Assembly (NCBI GenBank): GCA_015065265.1
Contig: SVQQ01000002.1
Coordinates: forward strand, 21,582 to 85,581
From: Oscillospiraceae bacterium
GTDB lineage: Bacteria; Bacillota; Clostridia; Oscillospirales; SIG627
Reading direction: 5' to 3'
DNA length: 64,000 nt
The notes below the pieces were generated by a model. The model saw only the letters and a list, made by a program, of their open reading frames with translations, ran no database searches and was not told the DNA's origin. Position numbers and translations under genes: made by a program. Below are positions 1-8,543 of this stretch, piece by piece; within the stretch, counting starts at the first letter, position 1; every line of letters starts with the position of its first letter.

Positions 1-170
1 CGACGGATAAGTTCCCTTACCCCTTGTCTTGTGGTGCCTGTATGCTCGGCTATTTCCGAAAGTGACAGGTCCTGCCAATAAGACAGTTCAAAGGCTGTTC
101 TCTTCTTCTCGGAAAGAAGGGGTGAATATATATCGTACAAAAGGCAAACAGAAAAGTCTTTTTCTTTCAT
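1..170 (-). CDS. YlxM/UPF0122-like small DNA-binding protein, N-terminal part (gene runs off left edge)
   Basis: My own minus-strand translation from the ATG at 168-170 gives MKEKDFSVCLLYDIYSPLLSEKKRTAFELSYWQDLSLSEIAEHTGTTRQGVRELIRR. This is a sigma-70 region-4-like HTH pattern typical of YlxM. GGAGG SD at 179-183. It is absent from the ORF track because it is truncated. Confidence 0.55.
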   Translation of the reverse strand, partial: MKEKDFSVCLLYDIYSPLLSEKKRTAFELSYWQDLSLSEIAEHTGTTRQGVRELIR

Positions 171-220
171 ATCCGTTACCTCCTGTGCGACTGTAAAGTT
201 TTTTTCTTTACACCTTGCAT

Positions 221-249
221 ATTCTACACTATGTTTTACTATTTGTCAA
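221..249 (-). promoter_or_regulatory. sigma-A-type promoter for the ylxM-like gene
   Basis: Minus strand reads TTGACA (244-249), a 17-nt spacer, then TGTAGAAT (extended -10, hexamer 221-226). Confidence 0.45.
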
Positions 250-258
250 GAGATTTTC

Positions 259-1167
259 TTAATTTTTTTCCCAGTCTTTGTGATTTTTAAGTATTTCCCA
301 AAGTGCGAGAAAACTTTCGTGTCGGGACGGGGGAAGACTACCGTCTTTAATTTTTTCAAGTATTGCACAGCCTTCTTCTTTGGTGTGGGTACATTTAGTG
401 TAACGGCAGTTTGCCACAAGAGGTGAATATTCGGGGAAAGCGTGAACAAGTTCCTCTTTTTTCATAAATTTAAATCTATCGAAATCAAGGAGGGTAAAGC
501 CTGGGGTATCCACGAAGTATGAGTCCTCTCCCGTCTTATAAAGGGTGGTGCTACGGGTGGTGTTCTTTCCTCTGCGGGTCTTTTCGCTTACAACGCCTGT
601 TTCAAGTTTCAGATGCGGAAAAAGAGCGTTTATAATGGTACTCTTACCAACGCCTGACGGACCTGTGAACACCGACACTTTGCCCTTGGCAAGTGGCAGA
701 AGTTTCTCTCTTGCCTCTTCCTTATTGTTACCTGCTTCAAGGGTTACCACCTTGTACCCCGATTTCTTATATATTTCGGAATAGTACTTTACTTCTTCCT
801 CGTTTGCCAAGTCTTCCTTATTGAAGACAATGACAACGGAAATATCTGCGTGGGCGGCAATAGCAGTCAGTTTATCTATTGCAAGAAGGTTGGGGTCTGG
901 AGAGGAAAGTGCGAAAACTATAAACATTGTATCAATGTTCGCAACTTCAGGGCGTATGAGAACGTTTTTTCTCTCAAGTATTCTATTTATAATTCCTACG
1001 TCTTCTCTGCCCTCTTTAACTCTCTCGTTTGTAAACTCTACCATATCACCTGCAACAGGCACAATTCCCTCGTGTCTGAAAGTACCTTTTGCATAGACGC
1101 GGTAGTAGGTGTTCTCACATTCAACGGTATATACTCCGCCAACGCAAGAAATAATTCTTCCTATCAT
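259..1167 (-). CDS. rsgA: ribosome small-subunit-dependent GTPase A
   Basis: Circularly permuted GTPase motifs: NKEDL, GPSGVGKST, DTPGF. C-terminal Zn cluster CRYTKCTHTKEEGC. Lies downstream of prkC as in Bacillus. Confidence 0.93.
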   Translation of the reverse strand: MIGRIISCVGGVYTVECENTYYRVYAKGTFRHEGIVPVAGDMVEFTNERVKEGREDVGIINRILERKNVLIRPEVANIDTMFIVFALSSPDPNLLAIDKLTAIAAHADISVVIVFNKEDLANEEEVKYYSEIYKKSGYKVVTLEAGNNKEEAREKLLPLAKGKVSVFTGPSGVGKSTIINALFPHLKLETGVVSEKTRRGKNTTRSTTLYKTGEDSYFVDTPGFTLLDFDRFKFMKKEELVHAFPEYSPLVANCRYTKCTHTKEEGCAILEKIKDGSLPPSRHESFLALWEILKNHKDWEKN

Positions 1168-1187
1168 TTATACCTCTTTGGTCTTTT

Positions 1188-1218
1188 AAAAAGGCTATTC
1201 CGTTGGAATAGCCTTTTT
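1188..1218 (-). terminator. hairpin with flanking A/T runs between prkC and rsgA (possible partial or bidirectional terminator)
   Basis: AAAAAGGCTATTCC-gttg-GGAATAGCCTTTTT. The stem is perfect and there is a T-run on either strand. Confidence 0.45.
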
Positions 1219-1229
1219 AATTTTATTTG

Positions 1230-3287
1230 TTAAACTATAACGACGGGACCATCGTCTTCTTTTTCTTCGTTATCCGTAGGTTCTGTTACCTCAGGATTTT
1301 CAGGCTCGGGCTCGGGCTCGGGCTTAGTGATGCCTGTACCGTAATAGATGGTTATGGTTTCCGAATAGTTTACCATTATTCTTGTTCCCGCGTCAAGACT
1401 CTGATCGGTAATTATACCTACTTCGGCTTCTGTTGGGGATTTAAGATACTGTATCTTAATTCCGTTTTCAACAAAGGGAGCCATTTTTTCTTCGGCGGTG
1501 ATAATATTCTCGCCTACAAGGTTTGGCATATAAAGATATATATCAAGGTCAGATATTGCTTCTTTACCGTTACCGTCGCTTACCCAAAGAGTAATCTTGT
1601 CACAAAACTCGGGTGAGATTACAGTATACGGGGTAACGCTCTGTCCTACCACTGTTCCTTGTGGTTTTGAATTTGAAACTGTGACGTATTCAACTTCAAA
1701 TTTTTCAAGTTCTACCATTGCCTGTCCCTTGGTTTTACCTACAAGGTTGGGCATAGCCATAACGTTTTGAAGCGGTTTTCCTAGACTTACGTAAAGTGTT
1801 ATAGTATCGGTGACACTTACTTCCTGTCCTGCTTCAGGGTAGGTCTTGAAAACGTGATTTTCAAGTACCGTATCGTGATTTGCCTCTACTACTTTAATGT
1901 CGTTAAAACCGCGTTTTTTCAAAGCGAGTTTTGCGGACGTAACTGTCATTATGGTGTAGTCTTCCAAAATCATTTTGCCTTCTTGTGGGTTTACGTAAAG
2001 GGTGAGATTGGTCTTTCCTGTGGAACCTGTAATCTTCTTCACTTCACCTGCGGAAGGTTTTGTGCCATATATTTCACCGTAGCCGAAAGAATCGTTAAAC
2101 TTTTGGGCAACTTCAACCTTAACGTCGAAGTGCTGTTCTTCAAGTTCTTCTAAAAGTTCATCACTTAATACACTTCCTATAACGTTTGGTACTTCAACGT
2201 GGGTAGGCTCTTCAGTATTTGCAGAAGTCTTAAAGAGTGAGGCAAGTAAAACGATGCCTGAAATGAGAAGCACTGCAAAGAATGCGGTTACCATACCGAG
2301 TATTATGGGAAGGTAGGTTACTTTTGCAGGGGGTGCGTTCTTTTTGCCACCTTTTTTCTGTGTGTTTTTCATATCATTGTTAACCTGTTTTGCATTTGTA
2401 CTTTTGGGAACAGGTTTCTTTTCTTCAAAGATTATCATTGGGGACTGCTTTATTATATTTATTGCACGAAGCATTGACTGTGCGGACTTAAATCTGTCTT
2501 CGGGATCTTTTGACATTGCTTTTAAGATAATCTGTTCAACGCCCTTGGGAAGTTCGGGATTTACCTGAGTTGGCTTTTCGGGGTCGTCACTTATTTGCTT
2601 CATAGCAACCGACACGGGTGTGTCTGCTTCAAAAGGAAGTTTTCCCGTTGCCATTTCGTAAAGCATTACACCGACAGAATAGATGTCTGAATAGGTGCCT
2701 GTGGGTTTTCCACTTGCCTGTTCGGGACTTATATAATAAACTGTGCCCAGTGCTTTATCGGTCATTGAAATTGTGTCTCCGCCAGGTGCCTTTGCAATTC
2801 CAAAGTCGGTAACCTTAAGTTTTCCGTCTTTGAGTACTATCATATTGTGAGGCTTTACATCCCTGTGTATTACCCCTTTTTCGTGGGCATGGACAAGGGC
2901 TAAAAGAATTTGCTCGGTAAAGTTAAGAGTTTCTTCAAGGGAAAGTTTATTGTCCTTTTCCTCCATATATTCTTTTAGGGTCTTACCGTCGGCAAGTTCC
3001 ATTACTATATACTTCAGGTCACCGCCGAGTGACATATCGAAAATCTTAACTATATTTTCGTGGGAAAGCATGGATATGGCACGAGACTCATTAGTAAAGC
3101 GTTTTACTGCGTGTCCGTCTGTATCTGCGTGTTCGTTGAGAACCTTGATTGCAACAACGCGACCTGCTTTAAGGTCTTCTGCCTTGAATACCACCGACAT
3201 ACCGCCGATTCCGATAACAGACAATATTTTATATCTTTCGTCAATTATCTGACCGACAAGTTCATCAAATTTATCGTTTGTACTCAT
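1230..3287 (-). CDS. prkC: Ser/Thr protein kinase with PASTA repeats
   Basis: Hanks kinase motifs (HRDVKPHN, DFGIA, SPEQ), a central TM helix and C-terminal repeated PASTA-like units. Adjacent to a PP2C phosphatase. Confidence 0.9.
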   Translation of the reverse strand: MSTNDKFDELVGQIIDERYKILSVIGIGGMSVVFKAEDLKAGRVVAIKVLNEHADTDGHAVKRFTNESRAISMLSHENIVKIFDMSLGGDLKYIVMELADGKTLKEYMEEKDNKLSLEETLNFTEQILLALVHAHEKGVIHRDVKPHNMIVLKDGKLKVTDFGIAKAPGGDTISMTDKALGTVYYISPEQASGKPTGTYSDIYSVGVMLYEMATGKLPFEADTPVSVAMKQISDDPEKPTQVNPELPKGVEQIILKAMSKDPEDRFKSAQSMLRAINIIKQSPMIIFEEKKPVPKSTNAKQVNNDMKNTQKKGGKKNAPPAKVTYLPIILGMVTAFFAVLLISGIVLLASLFKTSANTEEPTHVEVPNVIGSVLSDELLEELEEQHFDVKVEVAQKFNDSFGYGEIYGTKPSAGEVKKITGSTGKTNLTLYVNPQEGKMILEDYTIMTVTSAKLALKKRGFNDIKVVEANHDTVLENHVFKTYPEAGQEVSVTDTITLYVSLGKPLQNVMAMPNLVGKTKGQAMVELEKFEVEYVTVSNSKPQGTVVGQSVTPYTVISPEFCDKITLWVSDGNGKEAISDLDIYLYMPNLVGENIITAEEKMAPFVENGIKIQYLKSPTEAEVGIITDQSLDAGTRIMVNYSETITIYYGTGITKPEPEPEPENPEVTEPTDNEEKEDDGPVVIV

Positions 3288-3303
3288 TTCTTCCTCCGTG
3301 TTT

Positions 3304-4059
3304 TTACTTTTCTGTATCTATAAGTATTACAGTTATATTATCAGAGCCACCCATAGAGTTGGCATAAGTTACAAGGTCCTCTGCCTTTTCTGATAAGCCT
3401 TTGAATGAAGACAAAACCTTTATAAACTTATCGCTGTCAAAGTAGTTTGAAAGTCCGTCACTGCAAATGAGGTAGTAGCCTTTATTCACTTCCATATGGC
3501 AAACGTCACATTCTACGTTTTTAGTTACGCCCAGCGCACGAAGTATTACGTTCTTATTTGGATGATTTTGCGCTTCTGCAAGGGTGATTTTCCCTTCGTC
3601 GAGAAGAGTTTGCACAAAGGAATGGTCGACGGTGAGTTGCTTTGCACTGTCCTTTGTTATGTGATAAACTCGACTGTCGCCTACGTTAAATGTCCACAGG
3701 ATATCTTCGATAATGATACAGCCTGACAAAGTAGTACCCATTCCCGAAAGGCTATCGTCTAGGTTTGCCTTACTGTAAACTTCTTCGTTTGCCTTCTCAG
3801 ATGCGTTATATATCGCCCTTTCAACCTTTATGATGAGTTCTGTCTTGTCGGCGATATTTTCCTTTATTTCTCTGATTTTGGGAGTAAGTGTGGTCATAAA
3901 CGTTCTACAAGCAATTCTACTTGCAACTTCTCCTGCACTTGCTCCGCCCATACCGTCACAGACAAGGGCTATCACAACGTCGTCAAACGTTTCTACACTG
4001 AAATTGTCTTCGTTGAGACTGCGCCTCATTCCAACGTCGCTTGTTCCAAACACTTGCAT
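3304..4059 (-). CDS. prpC: PP2C-family Ser/Thr phosphatase (Stp/PrpC)
   Basis: RSLNED, CDGMGG and GGSDNITV motifs. Directly upstream of prkC. Confidence 0.9.
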   Translation of the reverse strand: MQVFGTSDVGMRRSLNEDNFSVETFDDVVIALVCDGMGGASAGEVASRIACRTFMTTLTPKIREIKENIADKTELIIKVERAIYNASEKANEEVYSKANLDDSLSGMGTTLSGCIIIEDILWTFNVGDSRVYHITKDSAKQLTVDHSFVQTLLDEGKITLAEAQNHPNKNVILRALGVTKNVECDVCHMEVNKGYYLICSDGLSNYFDSDKFIKVLSSFKGLSEKAEDLVTYANSMGGSDNITVILIDTEK

Positions 4060-4084
4060 TTCCCAAAACCTCCTTTTGTTTCTT

Positions 4085-5134
4085 TTAATCTTTTTTCATA
4101 TGGTCGTTTCTGAGCTGACCGCAGGCTGCGTTTATATCCGAGCCCAGTTTTCTACGTACTGTCGCATTTATTTTACTATTATTCAGCACATTTGTAAAGA
4201 GAATTATGTCGTTTTTTGATGATTTTTTAAAATTTTTCTCACGAATTGAGTTAACGGGGATGAGATTTACGTGGCACATAATACCGCGAAGCCGACGGGC
4301 AAGTTCCTCGGCGTGTTCTTTTTTATCGTTGACTCCTGATATGAGAGCGTACTCAAAAGAAATTCTCCTCTGACAAATTTTCTGATATTCGCGACAGGCG
4401 TCAAGAAGTTCTGCCATTTTATATTTATGGTTTATTGGCATTATGGTGTCTCTTATCTCGTCGTTTGGTGCGTGAAGTGAAATTGACAGAGTTATGGGTA
4501 ACTCTTCTGTAGCAAGTCTCTTGATCTGAGGGACAAGTCCACAGGTAGAAAGAGATATATGTCGGTATCCTATACATAGCCCGTTTTTGTCATTTACAAG
4601 ATTTAAAAACCTTATGACGTTATCATAGTTGTCAAGCGGTTCACCTATTCCCATAAGTACTATATTTGAAACTCTGAAATCTTTTTCCAAGATATGTTCA
4701 CGGGTAACTGTCTCTATCTGGGAAAGAATTTCGCCGGGTTCAAGGCCTCTTACAAATCCGTTCTTGGTGGAGGCGCAGAAGGCGCAGCCCATTTTACAGC
4801 CTACCTGTGTTGAAACGCACACAGAATTTCCGTGTTCATAGCGCATAAGGACAGTCTCGATGATATTACCGTCGTCAAGTAAAAGAAGATACTTTTCCGT
4901 TCCGTCAATTTTGGAGACGAGTTTTGAAACTATCTTGGGGGCAGTGATGCGGTAGCGCAAGTCAAGTTCTGTGGCAAGTGATTTCGAGATATCCGACATA
5001 TCAAAGAAACTTGTTTTCAGTTTTGAAAACAGTTGTCTGAATATCTGCATTGCACGGAACTTTGGCTGTCCCATTTCTGTTATATCCCTTTCAAGTTCTG
5101 AAAGGGTCATACTTTTTATGTCTTTTTTATCCAT
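4085..5134 (-). CDS. rlmN: 23S rRNA/tRNA A2503 methyltransferase, radical SAM
   Basis: CKMGCAFCAS radical-SAM cluster, GIGEPL, conserved position after rsmB. Confidence 0.9.
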   Translation of the reverse strand: MDKKDIKSMTLSELERDITEMGQPKFRAMQIFRQLFSKLKTSFFDMSDISKSLATELDLRYRITAPKIVSKLVSKIDGTEKYLLLLDDGNIIETVLMRYEHGNSVCVSTQVGCKMGCAFCASTKNGFVRGLEPGEILSQIETVTREHILEKDFRVSNIVLMGIGEPLDNYDNVIRFLNLVNDKNGLCIGYRHISLSTCGLVPQIKRLATEELPITLSISLHAPNDEIRDTIMPINHKYKMAELLDACREYQKICQRRISFEYALISGVNDKKEHAEELARRLRGIMCHVNLIPVNSIREKNFKKSSKNDIILFTNVLNNSKINATVRRKLGSDINAACGQLRNDHMKKD

Positions 5135-5135
5135 T

Positions 5136-6410
5136 TTAGTCCTTTATAAGTAAGTCGTGGAAAAATCCGTCGTCTGACGTTTTACTTGGGAATGCGGTTT
5201 TCGGGTAACCTTCAAGACGTCGAAAGTCACTGTGACTTAATAAAAATTTTTCTGTTATCTTTTCGTTTTCCTCGGGATTAAGGGTACAGGTGGAATATAA
5301 GAGTTTGCCGCCTTTTTTAAGATAGAGTGAAGAGGCAGAAAGTATGTTAAGTTGCTTTTCGTAAAGGTTTTTAACTTCCTCATACTTTTTATACTTTATG
5401 TCGGGTTTTTTTGCAATAATGCCAAGTCCCGAGCAGGGCACGTCGCAAATTACGGCATCTGCTGTGCCAAAGAGTTCTTCTTTGGGGGCTGTGGCGTTAA
5501 GTTTTTCCGTCTTGATTATATCAATTTTAAGTCTTTTTGCCCCTTTATCAATGAGGGAGAGTTTATTTTCGTGAAGGTCGAAGGAGAAAAGTTCACCTTC
5601 ATTCTTCATATCAATGGCGGCAGAGAAACTCTTGCCTCCGGGACAGGCGCAGACGTCGATAACACGTTTTCCCGAGGTAAGTTCAAGGGCGGATACTGCA
5701 ATTTTTGAGTTTGTGCCCTGAACGAAGAAGAAGCCTTCGTCAAAGCCCCACAGAGTTTCGGGGGACGAGCCTTGTACTGTGATAACGTCGGGGGTGTTGG
5801 TTTGAAGATTGCACTTTACGCCTGTTTCTTTAAGTTTTGCAAAAAGTTCTTCGGTTGTGATTTTTAAGGTATTTGTGCGAAGAGTCATTGGCGGTTTTAT
5901 CAAAAAGCCTTCGAGAATCTCTTCCGCCTTTTTTTCTCCATATCCTTTTTTCCAAAGTTCCACAATCCATTCGGGAACAGAATACTTTAAAGATAAAGGT
6001 GCCTTTTCAAGTTCCTTTTCCACAGTTTCTTTATTCTTTATGAGGTTACGTAAAAGGGCATTGACAAAGGCTTTTGCAGAGTGTGGGGAAAGTTTTACAC
6101 CTTCGTCGCAGGCGGAAAAGTCGGGAATTCTGTCCATATACATTATCTGATATATGGACAGGCGAAGTATTACTATCACCTCAAAATCCAGTTTTTCAAA
6201 GGGAATTTTAGAGAACTTTGAAATTATGTGGTCGAGGGTTATCTCTCTTTCTATTACTCCGTAAACCAATGCGGTATAAAGAGATTTGTCTCGAGTATCA
6301 AGTGTATTTCTTGACAAACTTACCATTACTTCCAGATTTGAGTATCTTCCCTGTCTGGTACATTTAATCAAACTGTCAAGGGCAAGTTTTCTAACGTTTG
6401 CACTTTTCAT
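5136..6410 (-). CDS. rsmB: 16S rRNA m5C967 methyltransferase
   Basis: NusB-like N-terminus. SAM-MTase motifs DVCACPGGKS, DVPCSGLG, YSTCT. Confidence 0.85.
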   Translation of the reverse strand: MKSANVRKLALDSLIKCTRQGRYSNLEVMVSLSRNTLDTRDKSLYTALVYGVIEREITLDHIISKFSKIPFEKLDFEVIVILRLSIYQIMYMDRIPDFSACDEGVKLSPHSAKAFVNALLRNLIKNKETVEKELEKAPLSLKYSVPEWIVELWKKGYGEKKAEEILEGFLIKPPMTLRTNTLKITTEELFAKLKETGVKCNLQTNTPDVITVQGSSPETLWGFDEGFFFVQGTNSKIAVSALELTSGKRVIDVCACPGGKSFSAAIDMKNEGELFSFDLHENKLSLIDKGAKRLKIDIIKTEKLNATAPKEELFGTADAVICDVPCSGLGIIAKKPDIKYKKYEEVKNLYEKQLNILSASSLYLKKGGKLLYSTCTLNPEENEKITEKFLLSHSDFRRLEGYPKTAFPSKTSDDGFFHDLLIKD

Positions 6411-6419
6411 TGTGGAAAT

Positions 6420-7115
6420 TTATCTCCTTGAATTCCTGTTTACAAGCATAAAGAGTCGAAGCAAGTTCGCAAGGGACACCGCAAGGGCTGCCACATAAGT
6501 CATAGCGGCGGCTGAAAGTACTTTTTTAGCACTGTCCACTTCATTACCTACAAGAATGTTCTGACTTTCAAGACTGTTTATGGCACGTCTTGATGCATTG
6601 AATTCAACGGGAAGTGTTACCAGTTGGAAAAGGGCGGAGAGCCCGAAAAGGAGTACTCCAAGGTAGGCAAGGTCGGCGATTGACAAAATAATTCCCAAAA
6701 GAACAAGGGGCATTGCAAGATTTGAGCCAAACTGACAGATGGGGATAATTGCAGTTCTGACTTTTATGGGGAAGTATCCTACTTCGTGTTGAACTGCGTG
6801 TCCTGCTTCATGGGCGGCAACGCCAAGGGCTGAAACCGACGTTGACGAAAAAACTGAGTCTGAAAGTCTTATAACCTTACTTCTGGGGTCAAAGTGGTCG
6901 GTGAGGTTTCCACTGACCTTTTCGACTCTCACGTCGGTTATTCCTGCACTGCGAAGGACTGCTCTTGCACATTCTTCTCCTGTGAGTCCTCGTGAGTTTG
7001 ACATTTTAGAATATTTTTTAAAGGTTGAATTTACTCTTGAACTTGCCCACATGGACCAAATTACCGCAACTAAAACGGGTAGCATCCATATATCAAAATA
7101 ATAAAAAAATGGCAT
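6420..7115 (-). CDS. YugP-like membrane zinc metallopeptidase
   Basis: HEAGHAVQH zinc motif flanked by TM helices, about 230 aa. Confidence 0.75.
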   Translation of the reverse strand: MPFFYYFDIWMLPVLVAVIWSMWASSRVNSTFKKYSKMSNSRGLTGEECARAVLRSAGITDVRVEKVSGNLTDHFDPRSKVIRLSDSVFSSTSVSALGVAAHEAGHAVQHEVGYFPIKVRTAIIPICQFGSNLAMPLVLLGIILSIADLAYLGVLLFGLSALFQLVTLPVEFNASRRAINSLESQNILVGNEVDSAKKVLSAAAMTYVAALAVSLANLLRLFMLVNRNSRR

Positions 7116-7130
7116 ATTTATTTTCCTCTC

Positions 7131-8063
7131 TTAATTAAGCATATCCCCGAGGGCGAGTTTTCTTCCGTTAATGAAGTCGGCGCCTGACATTCTCTTTGAA
7201 CCTTCAAGTTGAAGTTCTTTTAAAATGATACTTCCGTCACAACACGCCACTTGAATTTTCTTTTTGAAAAGGACAATTTCTCCGCAAGGGGCATCGAATA
7301 TATCATTTGACATTTCGGCACGGAAAATTCTTAAAATCTTTCCGTCGTTAGTTTTAGTAAAAGCGCCCGGCTCAGAAGACAAACCGTGAATTTTTCTCAC
7401 TATTTCAAATTTAGGCTTGGACCAGTCGATTTTTTGGTCATCTGACGTGATTTTTTCGGCATAGGTTGCCTTTTCGTCGTCCTGTTTTACTCGGGAATAA
7501 GTTCCGTTTACAATATCCTTTACCGTTTTTACAAGTAGTTTTCCGCCAACATCGGCAAGAGCGTCGAAAAGTTCTGTGGCGGTCATAGTGTCTGTGATTT
7601 CCACCTCTGCTTTTGACAGCATATCACCTGTATCAAGACCTTTTTCCATATACATTATGGTAACTCCCGTTTTATCCTTTCCGTCCATTATGGCACGGTT
7701 TACGGGGGCGGCGCCTCTGTATTCGGGAAGAAGTGAACCGTGCACGTTTATGGCTCCGTATTTTGCAATGTTCAAAACGTATTCGGGGAGAATTTTACCA
7801 TAGGCGGCAACTATTATAATATCGGGTGACGTCTTTTTTAAAATTTCACAGAAGTTCTCTTCTTTTAGGTTTTCAGGTTGATAGACTTCAAGTCCTAAAT
7901 CGAGAGCGCAAAGTTTAGTTTCTGAGGGTGAAAGTTTATATGCTCTGCCTTTGGGGGTGTCCACTTTCGTTACTACCGTGATTTCGTCCTTGGGAAATTC
8001 TGACCTCAAAATTTCCAGAACCTTTGCGGCAAAAAGCGGTGTGCCCATATACATTATTTTCAT
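7131..8063 (-). CDS. fmt: methionyl-tRNA formyltransferase
   Basis: N-terminal formyltransferase fold (HGSLLPEYRGAAP). 4-nt overlap with def. Confidence 0.95.
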   Translation of the reverse strand: MKIMYMGTPLFAAKVLEILRSEFPKDEITVVTKVDTPKGRAYKLSPSETKLCALDLGLEVYQPENLKEENFCEILKKTSPDIIIVAAYGKILPEYVLNIAKYGAINVHGSLLPEYRGAAPVNRAIMDGKDKTGVTIMYMEKGLDTGDMLSKAEVEITDTMTATELFDALADVGGKLLVKTVKDIVNGTYSRVKQDDEKATYAEKITSDDQKIDWSKPKFEIVRKIHGLSSEPGAFTKTNDGKILRIFRAEMSNDIFDAPCGEIVLFKKKIQVACCDGSIILKELQLEGSKRMSGADFINGRKLALGDMLN

Positions 8064-8527
8064 TCAAGTTCCCCTTTTTCAACGTATCTTACAATATCGT
8101 CAACTAAAAGTTTTCCGTTAAGATGGTCGGTTTCGTGGCAGAAGGCTTGTGCCATAATGCCTGTCATATTTTCAAAATAGATTTCATTTCCATTTCTGTC
8201 AAGGGCTTTTCCAGTAACCTTTATAGGACGTTTTTTAACAACCCATACGTCAGGGAAAGACAGGCAACCTTCGTAAAGTTCCTCGCTTCCCTCGGTGGAA
8301 ATTATCTCGGGATTTATAAGTTCAATGGGGCCTTCTCCCGCATCTATTATTACTACTCTTTTAAGAATTCCTACCTGAACTGCCGCAAGACCTGCGCCAT
8401 TTGCTTTGGCGAGAGTTTCTTTCATATCGTCAAGTAGTGTGAGAACTCTTTCGTCTATTTTTTCTACGGGGCGGGATCTCTTCTTTAATATATCGTCCCC
8501 TGTTTTAACAATATTAAGTATAGCCAT
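8060..8527 (-). CDS. def: peptide deformylase
   Basis: GAGLAAVQVG, EGCLS and HETDH motifs. Confidence 0.95.
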   Translation of the reverse strand: MAILNIVKTGDDILKKRSRPVEKIDERVLTLLDDMKETLAKANGAGLAAVQVGILKRVVIIDAGEGPIELINPEIISTEGSEELYEGCLSFPDVWVVKKRPIKVTGKALDRNGNEIYFENMTGIMAQAFCHETDHLNGKLLVDDIVRYVEKGELE

Positions 8528-8543
8528 TTATATTCCTCTCTTT